Shown here: positions 28,356 through 39,310 of the stretch, piece by piece
How the letters are laid out: each line of letters opens with the position of its first letter
Numbering within the stretch: position 1 is the first letter of the stretch
Assembly: GCA_008690995.1 (NCBI GenBank)
Contig: VRMN01000008.1
Location: forward strand, 124,001 to 188,000
Length of the DNA stretch: 64,000 bases
Source: Porphyridium purpureum
Taxonomy: Eukaryota
Direction of reading: 5' to 3'
Program-made: the position numbers and the translations under genes
Notes under the pieces: generated by a model
Told to the model about the DNA's origin: nothing
Seen by the model: only the letters and a program-made list of their open reading frames with translations
Databases searched by the model: none

Positions 28356-30137
28356 ATGTCGACGACCGTCGCGGTCACACAGTCACCCGGGCCCGCTTCC
28401 GACATCGAGCCCGGTGACGCTGTGGCGGTCGTCCATTGTTCAACATTCGAATGTTTCGCAACCAGTGCTGCGTCGAGTGCGGTAATGTACGGAAGCTTAT
28501 TTGGAGCAGAGGGTACATCTATCAAGTATACGTCCAAGTCGACCGCGACGCAAGCTCCAGCCGAGCGTACTCGTCCGCCTGGCGACGCGGTTTCGCTCTT
28601 AATTGCGGTTCTGTCGCCCTTGTCTTGTGGCAACTTCTTGTCGTCGTTGTCGCTCAAGCCGCCTGGTGATGGTGCTGACGGACTGTGTGTCAAGGATTGT
28701 GTCCGACTGCTGGTTCATGGCGATGGTGGTGCGGTTGAAAAGGCGGTTGTTCCTATTCCCAAGGTCGTTGAACATGTAGGGAAGGCTGAGAACGAGACGG
28801 CAGTGTTTTCATGGGCCGTCATTACTTTTGGGAGCGTCGAACTCGCGGCTCAGTTCCACGAATGGTGCGTGAGAAGCGCGTCCTTTGCTGGAGAGATGCA
28901 TCGCAGTTCTGATTGCACTCGAAGCGACCAATCGTTGGTACTAGCGATGATTCGGATTCAGAAGCTTGTCGTGCTGAGCTCGAGTGACAAAAAAGAACGT
29001 CAAAGAGCTTTAAATTGCCAAGAGCGACTTATCCAGATACCCTCTTGCCCAGCATGCATGCTACGCCTTGATGCATCCGTGCTGGGACATGAAGAAATTT
29101 GGGAAAGCTTCTATCTGGAAACCTTGCATGAATTACTGGACACTAAGTGCGCCGTGTGTGTTTCTGCGTCGCGCCCTGGTCTGGCATGCGCAGACTGTGG
29201 CGACCAGCGAAATCTTTGGGTGTGCTTCATTTGTGCGCGCGTAGGATGCAGTCGATACGCGTCACAGCATGCAGCCAAGCATTTTTCGGACTCTTCCCAT
29301 CGCCATTCTCTCGTACTCGAAGTGGCAAGCGGGGAGGTGTGGGACTACATTCAAGACTCGTTCGTGCAGCGTGTTCCTGCTGTTGAGAAATTCGACTCAT
29401 TTCTCTCGCATGAAAGCTTGGATGCAACAGCATCATCCCTTCCATCACCGTCCAAGACGTCTCAGAGAAAGACCACTCCCGAAACTCAAAAGTCTCGCTC
29501 AAGAAAGGACTTGGGAGGAGGAACTTTTGTCAATGCTTCGCAGCAAAAGAAAAGTGGGACAACATCTCCTGGTCCGTCAGGGGACAGAATGGACGTTTCG
29601 AAGGCCTTGTCGCCGCATGTTGAGGCCGGCTCTTTCGAAGATGAAATCACCGCCTTTGAAGAAGACGACGAGTTTGAGCAAGCACGACTGGAATCCAAAG
29701 TGGAGTCGCTCGTCGCTCAGTACGAGTTGCAGCTGACTGCTTATCTGGACAGCCAAAGGCAGGCCTTTGAGCGTGAAATTGCACAGGAGGAAGCCTTAGT
29801 TCGACAGCGCGTTGAGCAATTGACGACTCAGTTGGAAGCAGCTAGGGCGCGCGTAAGTGCTCTACAGGACGAAAAGCGTAGGTGGAGCGAGCGTGAACAA
29901 GAGCAAGCGGTGCGACTTGCCGACAAGAAAGCGCGTCTGAAGCATTTTAATTCGGACATTGCCGAGCAGAAAAAGTTGGTCGAGTCGCGTCTTCGAGAAC
30001 AGATGACATTGAAAGGGAAGGCTGCAGCTTTGCAGGACGTTGTAAATGTGAAGAAGAATGCCATTCGTTCGGTAGAGGAGGAGAAACGCGACGTGGAACT
30101 GCACCTGAAAACGCTCGACGCAATGCAACGCCTGTAA
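28356..30137 (+). CDS. BRAP2/ETP1-like protein (degenerate RING, ZnF-UBP, coiled coil)
   Basis: IPSCPACMLRLD, then CADCGDQRNLWVCFICARVGCSRY...HAAKHF...VWDY, SKVESLVAQYELQLTAYLDSQR and a coiled coil. Confidence 0.88.
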   Translation: MSTTVAVTQSPGPASDIEPGDAVAVVHCSTFECFATSAASSAVMYGSLFGAEGTSIKYTSKSTATQAPAERTRPPGDAVSLLIAVLSPLSCGNFLSSLSLKPPGDGADGLCVKDCVRLLVHGDGGAVEKAVVPIPKVVEHVGKAENETAVFSWAVITFGSVELAAQFHEWCVRSASFAGEMHRSSDCTRSDQSLVLAMIRIQKLVVLSSSDKKERQRALNCQERLIQIPSCPACMLRLDASVLGHEEIWESFYLETLHELLDTKCAVCVSASRPGLACADCGDQRNLWVCFICARVGCSRYASQHAAKHFSDSSHRHSLVLEVASGEVWDYIQDSFVQRVPAVEKFDSFLSHESLDATASSLPSPSKTSQRKTTPETQKSRSRKDLGGGTFVNASQQKKSGTTSPGPSGDRMDVSKALSPHVEAGSFEDEITAFEEDDEFEQARLESKVESLVAQYELQLTAYLDSQRQAFEREIAQEEALVRQRVEQLTTQLEAARARVSALQDEKRRWSEREQEQAVRLADKKARLKHFNSDIAEQKKLVESRLREQMTLKGKAAALQDVVNVKKNAIRSVEEEKRDVELHLKTLDAMQRL

Positions 30138-30175
30138 AAGCCGCGTGTCCGAGGGTTTAGCGATTTGCTTCTGCT

Positions 30176-32848
30176 TCAGACTTGGAAGCCGTGGATTCTA
30201 TTGAACACGACGTCTTCAAGAATGGAAGCCATTCGTAGCTTGTGCTCATCGTTTCGAAACGATGTCTGTCCGAGCGCCTGTTGAACTCCCGCGAGACCAC
30301 CTGCGAGCACAGAACGAATCACAGCTTTTCTCATGCACATGAGGACGGGCCCAAGAATGTGATTTTCCGGATATTCCTTGCTTCTGCTGGAGAGTGCGCG
30401 CCCGTAAGCTTCGTCCTTGTCATTCACGAGACTGGGAAATTCGGCGCCGCTCCCACCATTTCCGCTGTTCGTCCGAGAAATGTTAGTTTTGCGCTGCGTC
30501 GCGGCTATTCCATCAAGCCATGTCATGATGCGCTCCAGGACGCGAAACATGTAGGTGGGACTCGCCTTGTCTTCCTGATAGTACTCGAGAATGAAGAGAA
30601 GCGAGTACAGACTTTCTTCGTGTTCCACGTGTAGTGACACGCGGGAAGCGGTCCGAATTGCATCCAGCGCGGCCTCCACTTCGCAAAGGCGCTTTGCGAG
30701 GTCGGCACGTCTCAGCCAATCCACCACGGGTCGCGAGCTCAGTGCACACAAGCGCATGGCACGACTTGGCATGGCCACTTCTGATGTACTGGAGATGACT
30801 ACGGAACTTAATGCTTCGGGCACGACTGAGTCGATACTGGGGGCTGAGGAAAGTACCGGGGTTGGATCTGGTTGCTCAGAATGTGCTGGTGCTCCGTTCG
30901 AAGCACCTCCAGTTTCTGCAACCGGTGCTGTAGACGCGTAATCGTTTCCGTGAGATTCCAAAAGGATCAGGTCCTCCCTGCGCCACGCAGCAAATACATC
31001 CAAGTCTTCATACATCCCACCTATCAAATAGTCCAGCCATGCCTGGCAGACGATTTTCCCCGTATCAGCGCTAACACTGCCATCCTCAATGCGACCGCTG
31101 TTCTCATCATCTTCGGTTTCGTCTTGTTGGTCTTCATTGGCCATGATAAATGTGGAGCTTCGTATCGAAAGAAAAGTGGTCCATCCACACGTCGCGACAA
31201 TCGTTCCCAAAACGGCGTACGCACGCCGCTCTTCGTCTGTAAGAATCCGAGCCGAAATATCGGCGAGCTGTGCGTCTGGCGTGCGGCCACGGCGGTTCAC
31301 TTTACCCAGTTTCTCAGCGCGCAACCGGTCTGCCAACACACGTTCCAGGTCCGATCCATCAGCGCAGCCGTGTACCGGCTCCGGCGCGTACTTACGCCCA
31401 CGCATCAAGTCACGAAGAAACAGGTCCAGCTTTGGTGGTTCCAGAACCGTACTGTTGAGGGCCACGAGAGCACGCTTTGCACGCTTTCGCACTTTCGTTT
31501 CCTCGTCCTCCTTGATATCCCCAGATTCTCGTTTCTCTCGAAACACCAGTTCGGCGCGTGAAATACAGACGTACGGACAACTTGCATACTGCTCGATTTC
31601 CATTAAAGGGTTCAGCAGCTCTGCTGGATAGAGACACGGCAACTCGCTTCCTGACTCGTGACGCTCAGTCAGAATCAATTTTAGATATGCGAGATGTCTC
31701 TCGACAAAGTGGGCACGAAACACAGTGGCGATTGGGGAACAAGGGAGCGCATTCAGTGCACTGCAAATCTCGCTCCATGCACCATCGAGGTCGCCAATCT
31801 GCTCGCGAGCGAGCGCAGCAAAAATTGCTAGGTCAGGATGCCTTTCAACATACCCCAACCGTATTCGCAACGCAACGAGCTCTGCGCGCCGCCCGTCTGG
31901 TCCATTTGGATGCTCGCTGCCCGGCTCCATTTCTGCTGTATTCTGTGTGCTGCTGAACAAGGCAATGATGTGTTCGTACCTACCATGCTCAAATAAATGC
32001 TCATTCAATTCGATCGCAATGCGCGATGTTGCGGCAAAGCAGCATATGGGAATGTTCGGGTTGGCTGGTTTCGGCAGATCACGCGGCGCATTGGAGTCAA
32101 AATTTGTCGCATCCTGTGCGCTCACTTTCCGACTCGTATGTATTAGAATGCCGGCCGGATCTACATTTGAGCCGGCGAGATACCATTCGCTTGTGAGCGA
32201 GAATAGACTTTCGAAAAAGGCCAGTTCGGCACGCACGCTTGTCGTGAGATCGCACATCGCGTTGACCCTCAAGCAAGGGTAGCAAGTAGGCTCGAGCCCA
32301 GCGCGCAGAAGAAATCGCAGAGAGCTTGACATGTGCGCCTCCTGCCAGAGCGCAGTATCTGTACTACTCACGGGCGTTTCTTCGCCGTCCGCGTCCTGCA
32401 GATAAAAATGCAGCGCGCCTGGCAGCGTGATGGAAGCAACCAAATCGCACTTGCGCAAAACCAAGTACATTCTAAAGACGGCGCGCTCAATTGTCCAGCG
32501 GTGAGTGCAAGCTACATTCCACGACGCACAGTCGCATTTCTCCAGCCCTGCGGAAATCAGCTGGGCAAGATACGAGCTGATGCTGGCCGGGCTGGAGGTA
32601 TCCATCCCCAGCACAAAGTGCAACGTATTCTTGACCACTGTGGCTGCATCTGCGTCCTTGACCGCGCCAGTCTTCACTGCAAACGCGGAGGGCCGCCAGC
32701 ACTTTGACAGCACCACCATATCTGGAGGCCCTCCGAGACGCATATCTCCAAACCCGCCCATCCTGGACGTCCGCGACAATTCCGCTGGCCGCTCGGCCAG
32801 GTCCAGCATCTCCTGAATTCCATACAGACTCTCACGACGCCCGCCCAT
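30176..32848 (-). CDS. ChAPs family (exomer cargo adaptor, Bch1/Bud7-like)
   Basis: LGGPPDMVVLSK, LHFVLGMDTSSPASISSYL, ITLPGA...WQEAHMSSSLR and CQAWLDYLIGGMYEDL match ChAPs conserved blocks as I recall them. Confidence 0.78.
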   Translation of the reverse strand: MGGRRESLYGIQEMLDLAERPAELSRTSRMGGFGDMRLGGPPDMVVLSKCWRPSAFAVKTGAVKDADAATVVKNTLHFVLGMDTSSPASISSYLAQLISAGLEKCDCASWNVACTHRWTIERAVFRMYLVLRKCDLVASITLPGALHFYLQDADGEETPVSSTDTALWQEAHMSSSLRFLLRAGLEPTCYPCLRVNAMCDLTTSVRAELAFFESLFSLTSEWYLAGSNVDPAGILIHTSRKVSAQDATNFDSNAPRDLPKPANPNIPICCFAATSRIAIELNEHLFEHGRYEHIIALFSSTQNTAEMEPGSEHPNGPDGRRAELVALRIRLGYVERHPDLAIFAALAREQIGDLDGAWSEICSALNALPCSPIATVFRAHFVERHLAYLKLILTERHESGSELPCLYPAELLNPLMEIEQYASCPYVCISRAELVFREKRESGDIKEDEETKVRKRAKRALVALNSTVLEPPKLDLFLRDLMRGRKYAPEPVHGCADGSDLERVLADRLRAEKLGKVNRRGRTPDAQLADISARILTDEERRAYAVLGTIVATCGWTTFLSIRSSTFIMANEDQQDETEDDENSGRIEDGSVSADTGKIVCQAWLDYLIGGMYEDLDVFAAWRREDLILLESHGNDYASTAPVAETGGASNGAPAHSEQPDPTPVLSSAPSIDSVVPEALSSVVISSTSEVAMPSRAMRLCALSSRPVVDWLRRADLAKRLCEVEAALDAIRTASRVSLHVEHEESLYSLLFILEYYQEDKASPTYMFRVLERIMTWLDGIAATQRKTNISRTNSGNGGSGAEFPSLVNDKDEAYGRALSSRSKEYPENHILGPVLMCMRKAVIRSVLAGGLAGVQQALGQTSFRNDEHKLRMASILEDVVFNRIHGFQV

Positions 32849-33142
32849 GATTCCCGCGGTTGCTACTCACTGTGCAGTTTCCCACAATCCCCCCCTTCCG
32901 AACCCCGCTGTCTCACCCTCCTGTCCAACAATCGTCCCGCGCGTTGCCACTGTCAATCCGAACTGAACCTTCACTGTACATAAATGTACCATGTGAACAA
33001 CTGTACTTCCTCAGAAATTTGAAAAAGCGCGATGACGAAAGCGGTAGGGACAAGTGAGAGGTTGGCGGTGCCGGGGGGGAGAGAGAAGCAAGGTTGGAGA
33101 GGTGGGGAGGTTTGGAGACGTTGCGTGCGGATCAGAAGGTCC

Positions 33143-34351
33143 ATGATGGGAATTGTAGGGGACATGCGCAAGCGCGTCCAGATGATGGACGCGTTTCCAA
33201 AGACGATGGATGACTTTAAAGTGCAGACCGCGTCTGGCGGCGTGGTGTCGCTCGTCTCGCTTTCGGTGATTGTGGTGCTGGTCATTTCCGAGCTGCTGAC
33301 GTTTCTGACGCCCGAGCGCCGCGTCGAGCTGTCGGTGGATGTGTCGCGCGGCGAGAAGCTGCGCGTGTATGTGGATATTGACTTTCCACGCGTGAACTGC
33401 GAGGTGCTGGGTATTGACGCGCTCGACGCAACGGGAAACGTGCAGCTTGAGATCTCGAACAACTTGCGCAAGCACAAGTTGCTGGATCGTGGCGTGATAC
33501 GCAGTGATGGCATGGCGACTAGAAAAGTCGCGGTTGCGGATCCAGCAGACCCAAACGCATTCACGTCCGCAGACAGTGGCGCGGGTCAACAGCAGCGAGG
33601 CGCGCCGCCATTGCCGCAGGACTATTGCGGCACCTGCTACGGCGCGGGCAAGGACGGCCAGTGCTGCAATACCTGCGACGATGTCGTCAATCAGTACAGG
33701 GAAAAGGGCTGGTCAATCACAGACCTGTCCGTCTTTGAGCAGTGCGTGCGAGGCGGGAATCACACAAATCTGGCCGTGAAGCTGCGTCCAGGTGAAGGGT
33801 GTCGTATTGAAGGGTACATCGAGGTCGCCAAAGTGGCGGGCAATTTCCACATTTCGCCAGGGCATACGTTTTCGTTCAATGGCCGTCATTTGCATGACAT
33901 GAGCGCATTTCTGCAGCGCGGCATCGACCTGTCGCACACAATCAACCACCTGTCGTTTGGAGAATCGTTTCCGGGCGCGAAGAACCCGTTGGATGGAGTT
34001 TCAAAGCAGCAGGACGAACTCGGAATGTACGAGTACTTTGTGAAGGTCGTTCCAACGACATTCCAGGGCCGTTTCTCAAGCCTCATCAAGACAAACCAGT
34101 TTTCGGTGACCGAGTTCTTTCGCCCCAGCGACCCGGCAAAGGGCGGGCAGCTGCTGCCCGGTGTGTTCATCTTTTACGACCTGTCGCCTATCACTGTGCA
34201 AGTGGAGGAGAGGAGACGGTCTTTCTTCCACTTCATTGTGCAGCTTTGTGCGATTGTGGGTGGTGTCTACACCGTTTCCGGCATGCTGGACTCGTCTCTT
34301 TATCACTTGCCGAAGATGATGAAGAAACGCAATGTAGGGAAACTGATATGA
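33143..34351 (+). CDS. ER-Golgi intermediate compartment protein ERGIC3/Erv46
   Basis: DAFPKTMDDFKVQTASGG, CGTCYGA...CCNTCDDV, EGCRIEG...VAGNFH and PGVFIFYDLSPI. Confidence 0.95.
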   Translation: MMGIVGDMRKRVQMMDAFPKTMDDFKVQTASGGVVSLVSLSVIVVLVISELLTFLTPERRVELSVDVSRGEKLRVYVDIDFPRVNCEVLGIDALDATGNVQLEISNNLRKHKLLDRGVIRSDGMATRKVAVADPADPNAFTSADSGAGQQQRGAPPLPQDYCGTCYGAGKDGQCCNTCDDVVNQYREKGWSITDLSVFEQCVRGGNHTNLAVKLRPGEGCRIEGYIEVAKVAGNFHISPGHTFSFNGRHLHDMSAFLQRGIDLSHTINHLSFGESFPGAKNPLDGVSKQQDELGMYEYFVKVVPTTFQGRFSSLIKTNQFSVTEFFRPSDPAKGGQLLPGVFIFYDLSPITVQVEERRRSFFHFIVQLCAIVGGVYTVSGMLDSSLYHLPKMMKKRNVGKLI

Positions 34352-34567
34352 TCGACCATGTAAAAAAGAAAGAAATTTATGATCGCGCGGGCTCCTTTGT
34401 CAGTGTCTCGCTCACTCTGTTCATATACTTTTTCAGAAAAGGATGGCTCCTCCTTATAGTGCATGCTCATCAGGCGGAGCATGAAATAAACTGGACTTTT
34501 TCGCATCTTATTCAAAGGGAAAATGGCTGCGACCCGCTTTCGCTTTCATTGCCACACACACGCACAC

Positions 34568-35698
34568 TTAGATATCGGTGGCCTTCATGTCGTACGCCTT
34601 TTCGCGCTGCGCTTCAAAGAGCACCGACGTGAGGTAACGCTCGCCAAACGACGGAATGATAACCACGATATTCTTATCTGCGTTCTCTGGCTTCTTCCCT
34701 ACTTCCACGGCGGCCGCTACGGCGGCGCCCGAGCTAATTCCGCTCAGCAGCGCCTCCTCCTCCGCTAAGCGGCGAGCCATCACGATGGCGTCGGCGGAGC
34801 TCACAGTCAGCACGTCGTCGTAGATCTTTGTGTCCAAAATGGCAGGGACAAACCCAGCGCCTATGCCTTGAATCTTGTGAGGGCCGGGCTGTCCGCCCGA
34901 AAGGATCGGGCTCTCCGCGGGCTCCACAGCGTAGATCTTCACGCCCGGATTCTTCTCCTTCAGGTACTTTCCGGCGCCCGTGATCGTACCGCCTGTACCC
35001 ACACCGGACACAAAAATGTCGCACTTGATGGCGTTCATAATTTCCGGGCCGGTGGTCTCATAGTGCGCCTTTGGGTTATCCGGGTTTGCGAACTGTTGCA
35101 GCACGAAGCCGCCGGGCGTCTCGGACGCGATCTTCTCTGCCATGGCAACAGCACCCTTCATGCCCTTGGCGGCGGGCGTCAGCACGAGCTCAGCGCCAAA
35201 CGCGAGCAAGACCATGCGCCTCTCAATAGACATCGAATCCGGCATTGTGAGGATGAGCTTGTACCCACGCGCCGCGGCAATGAACGCGAGAGCGATACCT
35301 GTGTTCCCAGACGTGGGCTCCACCAACACGGTCTTTCCAGGCGAAATCTTTCCGGCCTTTTCTGCTTCCAGGATCATCGAGCGCCCGATGCGATCCTTGA
35401 CCGAGTTGCACGGCTCCATGCTCTCCAGCTTGGCGTAAATATTCGCCACGCATCCTTCTGCGGCCGGGATTTTGTTCAGCTTCACCAACGGCGTATTCCC
35501 TATCAATTCCGACGCGTCCTTGCACAGCTTGGCGCCCGTGCTCGGGTTGGCCGCAACCATGGTTGTCGTGAGCGCGCGCCGAGCTCTACCACCCGTCTTC
35601 CCTCCACGACCGCCTTGCTCCCCGCGCAGACTCGACACCGCACCGGCCCGCACGGGCGCAGCGCCAAGTACCCCGACGCCTACAAAGCAGCTCGCCAT
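34568..35698 (-). CDS. cysK: Cysteine synthase / O-acetylserine(thiol)lyase, plastid-targeted
   Basis: SVKDRIG (PLP Lys), [15 protein letters not shown] and [19 protein letters not shown] is transit-peptide-like. The ORF-track extension to 36535 is not credible. Confidence 0.96.
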   Translation of the reverse strand: MASCFVGVGVLGAAPVRAGAVSSLRGEQGGRGGKTGGRARRALTTTMVAANPSTGAKLCKDASELIGNTPLVKLNKIPAAEGCVANIYAKLESMEPCNSVKDRIGRSMILEAEKAGKISPGKTVLVEPTSGNTGIALAFIAAARGYKLILTMPDSMSIERRMVLLAFGAELVLTPAAKGMKGAVAMAEKIASETPGGFVLQQFANPDNPKAHYETTGPEIMNAIKCDIFVSGVGTGGTITGAGKYLKEKNPGVKIYAVEPAESPILSGGQPGPHKIQGIGAGFVPAILDTKIYDDVLTVSSADAIVMARRLAEEEALLSGISSGAAVAAAVEVGKKPENADKNIVVIIPSFGERYLTSVLFEAQREKAYDMKATDI

Positions 35699-35878
35699 CG
35701 TCTCCCGCCGATCTTCCGCCCCACTTCCCCGCCCTTTCCCTCCGCGCTCTCCGCACCCTTCTTCTTCGCCCGCCTCCCTCAACACCCCGCGCCCGTCCAG
35801 ATATTCGGCTCTCCGCGTTCTTCTAACAAATCGTGGTTGTTTTATTAGGAAAACACGCGCAGAACAATCATCCGACCG

Positions 35879-35898
35879 AAACCCTAGAGTTAGGGTTT
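35879..35898. promoter_or_regulatory. Inverted pair of telo-box-like motifs AAACCCTA-gagt-TAGGGTTT
   Basis: Perfect 8-bp inverted repeat in the cysK / MIOS-like divergent spacer. Confidence 0.45.
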
Positions 35899-35992
35899 TG
35901 AAGCTGGGTGGTTTGTCGAGTTCGAGGTGAGCGGGAGAAAGAGAGAGAGAGAGAGAAAGACATGCAAGAGACAACGGCATGTGTATGGATGG

Positions 35993-37897
35993 ATGGATGA
36001 TGGATGGTTGATGGGGTCTACTGAAGGGCGCGAAGCGCCCGAGCGGCCACGCGCGTGGCATGCGTGGAATCTGCATGAAGATAACTTGGTCGTGTCTGGC
36101 GGTGGACCGAGTGAGATGCGCAGCGGTGAGCAAGGCCGTGCGCTCGGGTTCGGGCGGGACGGAGGGTGTGTGGTCGTGGCGCCGGGGTTGTGGCCGGCCG
36201 TGCGTGCGCAGTCCGTGCCGCTGATGCGTTCGCGCGCGGGGTGGAGCGGGTGGGCGCGTAGTGCAGGGGATGTGAATTTGTTGCTCGGGTCGCTGCTGGC
36301 ACACGCAACGAAGCCGGAGCACGCCGCGCACGCCGATACACAGACATGGAGCGCCGATGAGCTCCTTCTGTGGCAGTTTATGGCCGCAACACAGCAGCGG
36401 TGGATCTTTATGGGTGTCGTGCAGAGCATGTCTGAACGCTCGTCCGACCCCGCCGCGTTTCGCGCATTGCTTCTCAGTTTGCTGGAAAACCCACTCGACA
36501 CATTCAGTGCGCACCCATGCAGGGTGCGGTACCATCGCGCGCGCTGCTTTCGCGTCATTTTACAGCAGTCAAAAACGGACAGCAGCGTGAATTTTGATGC
36601 AAAGTCGTCTCAGCAAATGCCGTCGGTCTCAAAGCAGCAATCGCTATCGAGCTCACCAGGCGAATCTCCCATGCAGCATCCGCCGACTTTCTTTTCTGGC
36701 GGCACTTCCGGCGCAGACTGCTGTTCAGGAAATGCCGCGCGTCCAGCTTGCCAGGAGCTTGCTGAAGCGTACCAAAAAGTGCTGCACGATATTGTAGAAC
36801 GCAGGCTCGGGTCATGGCAGCAGATTTTCGAAGCGGTCAGTGCCTTCCCCATGTGCGACCGACTGTTTGTCTATCTTCATATTCTCCCTCTCGATAACGA
36901 CGCACTGTGCCGTGTGTTGTTTGCCGAGGTGCAGCGATGCCGGACGCGCTGCGATTTTTTCGTGTTTGCTCTAGTCGGCTTCTCAGATCTGGATGTCATT
37001 CGCACGCTTGCAGTATCGCGAATCCGGCACATGGGCGACGTGCAAGGCGCCGCGCTCATCACCTTGTATGCCGTACAGTTTGCAATTCGTGTAGGGCGCT
37101 CCGTGTCCGACACAGACTGGCTTATGCCCGAGTGCTTTGGGCCGTACGCGTCGCTGCTGGACAGATGGGGCCTTTTCACAGAGCGTGCCCTGTTTCTCAA
37201 GGCGGCGCACGGGGCATTGCGCGAAATGGCGACTCGCAGTTCGCAGGCGAACGCGGCCTCAATGTCACGGGACATCTCGCTGCAGCGCATGTCGAGCAAG
37301 ATCACGAATCCACTCACGTGGACGCGGAGCGTAGACGCAGTGTGCTACTACTGCAATCGTAGCTTGCGTTTTACTTCATCAGGTCCGAAACCATCGTCGT
37401 ACAAGTCATCGAACACCCCGAACAAGGCACTTCCTGTCGGCGTGCGCGTAGGCGACATGTCTCACTTGCAGTCTTCTGGCCAGGCACAAGGCGGCTTTGG
37501 CAAACTGCGTGTATCATGTTGCACAAATTGTGGCAAGCAGCTGCCAAGGTGCGTCGTCTGTCGGGTGTGTGTCGATATGGCAAATCCTACGGTCGAGCGC
37601 GCCCTTCAAAAGTCTCGATCTTCAACAGAATGTACGACTCCCGACCCACCCGCCGCCGTGTCTGCGCTCACGGCCACGCAGCAGGGAGCTAGCCGCATGG
37701 CGCCGCCTAATGCTTCACCGCGTGTGGTGCAGGCAACTGTGTTCGTTCCTCCTACCGCGACGAGCCGTGCAGACTGGATGTCATTCTGCACGCGCTGTCA
37801 GCACGGCGGCCACGCTGCGCACCTGCAAAGCTGGTACGCTGACCATCAGCAGTGCGCATCAACAGGCTGTGATTGCATATGTACGGAATTTCAGTGA
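35993..37897 (+). CDS. GATOR2/SEACAT subunit MIOS/Sea4-like protein
   Basis: GDVQGAAL and [15 protein letters not shown], then the C-terminal zinc region CYYC...[14 protein letters not shown]...[21 protein letters not shown]...[10 protein letters not shown]. Confidence 0.8.
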   Translation: MDDGWLMGSTEGREAPERPRAWHAWNLHEDNLVVSGGGPSEMRSGEQGRALGFGRDGGCVVVAPGLWPAVRAQSVPLMRSRAGWSGWARSAGDVNLLLGSLLAHATKPEHAAHADTQTWSADELLLWQFMAATQQRWIFMGVVQSMSERSSDPAAFRALLLSLLENPLDTFSAHPCRVRYHRARCFRVILQQSKTDSSVNFDAKSSQQMPSVSKQQSLSSSPGESPMQHPPTFFSGGTSGADCCSGNAARPACQELAEAYQKVLHDIVERRLGSWQQIFEAVSAFPMCDRLFVYLHILPLDNDALCRVLFAEVQRCRTRCDFFVFALVGFSDLDVIRTLAVSRIRHMGDVQGAALITLYAVQFAIRVGRSVSDTDWLMPECFGPYASLLDRWGLFTERALFLKAAHGALREMATRSSQANAASMSRDISLQRMSSKITNPLTWTRSVDAVCYYCNRSLRFTSSGPKPSSYKSSNTPNKALPVGVRVGDMSHLQSSGQAQGGFGKLRVSCCTNCGKQLPRCVVCRVCVDMANPTVERALQKSRSSTECTTPDPPAAVSALTATQQGASRMAPPNASPRVVQATVFVPPTATSRADWMSFCTRCQHGGHAAHLQSWYADHQQCASTGCDCICTEFQ

Positions 37898-37922
37898 AGA
37901 ACATCTACGCTCGGCGTGTACT

Positions 37923-38600
37923 TTACTTGAACGCAGCAAACGGATTGTTGAACGGACGGTCGATGAATGCGCTCGACTGACGGTACGCTACCATGGCTGG
38001 GAGTGCCGCCACTCGGTCGCGATGCGCGGCGAGATTTGGAAACGGCTTCAGGAGGAGGTCCTCATCGAGCACCGCAAACTGATCGACGAGATCATACACC
38101 ACGAGGTCGACGTATGTCAGATGCTTGGTCTGAGCCACCCACTCATGCCCATCAAGATACTTTTCCAGGCGGGCGAGAATGGCTGGCAACTGCTTCTCTA
38201 CAAGCATGGATCGCGTCGCTTCAAAGTGAGCCAACCCTCCGTAACACGCGCGGATGTACGGAGTGCGCAGATCGCAGGTCACATCCCATACCATGCGGAC
38301 GCGGATCTGTTCGGCCGGATCCTCTCCGAGCTTGTCGCACCTGCGCGCAAGGTATTCAAGTATCGTGCCTGTCTGAGTGAGCTTTAAACCACTGGCGTCA
38401 TCGATCAAGTACGGCAGATTCGGAAAGTCCAGTCCGAGTGTTTCTTTCTCGTCCAGCCAATCACTGCAATCGACCTGGCCGTCGTCCAGAATCTTCGCCG
38501 TGTACAGGCGCTCCGAGTACTTGATCCCACCAACCTCGCACAAGTATCGGATCGGCTGTCCCAAGCCGCGGATGTGCCAATACCCAAGTGTGACCGCCAT
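37923..38600 (-). CDS. Glutathione S-transferase, mu-class-like
   Basis: TLGYWHIRGLGQPIRYL, DWLDEKETLGLDFPNLPYLID and LTYVDLVVYD. Confidence 0.93.
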   Translation of the reverse strand: MAVTLGYWHIRGLGQPIRYLCEVGGIKYSERLYTAKILDDGQVDCSDWLDEKETLGLDFPNLPYLIDDASGLKLTQTGTILEYLARRCDKLGEDPAEQIRVRMVWDVTCDLRTPYIRACYGGLAHFEATRSMLVEKQLPAILARLEKYLDGHEWVAQTKHLTYVDLVVYDLVDQFAVLDEDLLLKPFPNLAAHRDRVAALPAMVAYRQSSAFIDRPFNNPFAAFK

Positions 38601-39310
38601 GTTTGTCGTCCAAGATCGAATGCTTCCTTCCCAATCTTCCGTCCCTCACGCAGCCTGTCGTTCACGTGGAAGATGTCTCCTGGATTTGCTCGGCGGTCTC
38701 TCGTCCACGCATTTTCTAGAAATTTGTGACGCCCACTTTTCGTCGATACACCGGCGACGGGCGTGGGACAGGGCGTTTTGCATCTGACCTGACAGTAGCG
38801 GTTGGTCATGGGCTAGGCGGTGCCTGTCTTTCATGCGTAAGTTGGAGCTGCCGAGCTCCGGACTTCTTGCATGCAAAGCGCGTCCCGAAGCAGTTGCTTG
38901 GGAAGCCGGATGACGTCGGATGAAAACCCAGAGTGGAAGGTAAAGTAAAGCCTCAGATACGAGGGTGACTTGAGTGATGGCGTCGACCCGTACACAAACA
39001 GCCAAGGAGGCCCGACGCGGCCAGAGGCCGGGGTTACAAAGAAAAGGGTCGTGAACTGGCCTTGTAAGGCGGACTGACATGGTCATGATGAGACCACAAA
39101 GAAACGCGCGTTCGAATGTTTGGTTGAAAGACCCGCACTCGGGCCCAACTTCAGGCCTGTTATGATCCCACCGTCTTCATCCTTTTCTCCAGAGTAAAGT
39201 GTATGTGTAGGTATCATCGGATGTTTCCTCAGAGAACAAGTTCTGCCTCGCATCATGCGAGATGGTTTGTCTGAAAGACAGTGCGCCGCGCGGAAGGCTC
39301 CATACTGGTC

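Noticed and set aside
35699..36535. 279-aa N-terminal extension of cysteine synthase in the ORF track
   Set aside because: It is the antisense shadow of the MIOS-like gene plus promoter microsatellite sequence. A plausible presequence starts at ATG 35698.
37497..38387. 296-aa plus-strand ORF bridging the MIOS-like and GST genes
   Set aside because: Alternative frame and antisense overlap of two well-supported genes.
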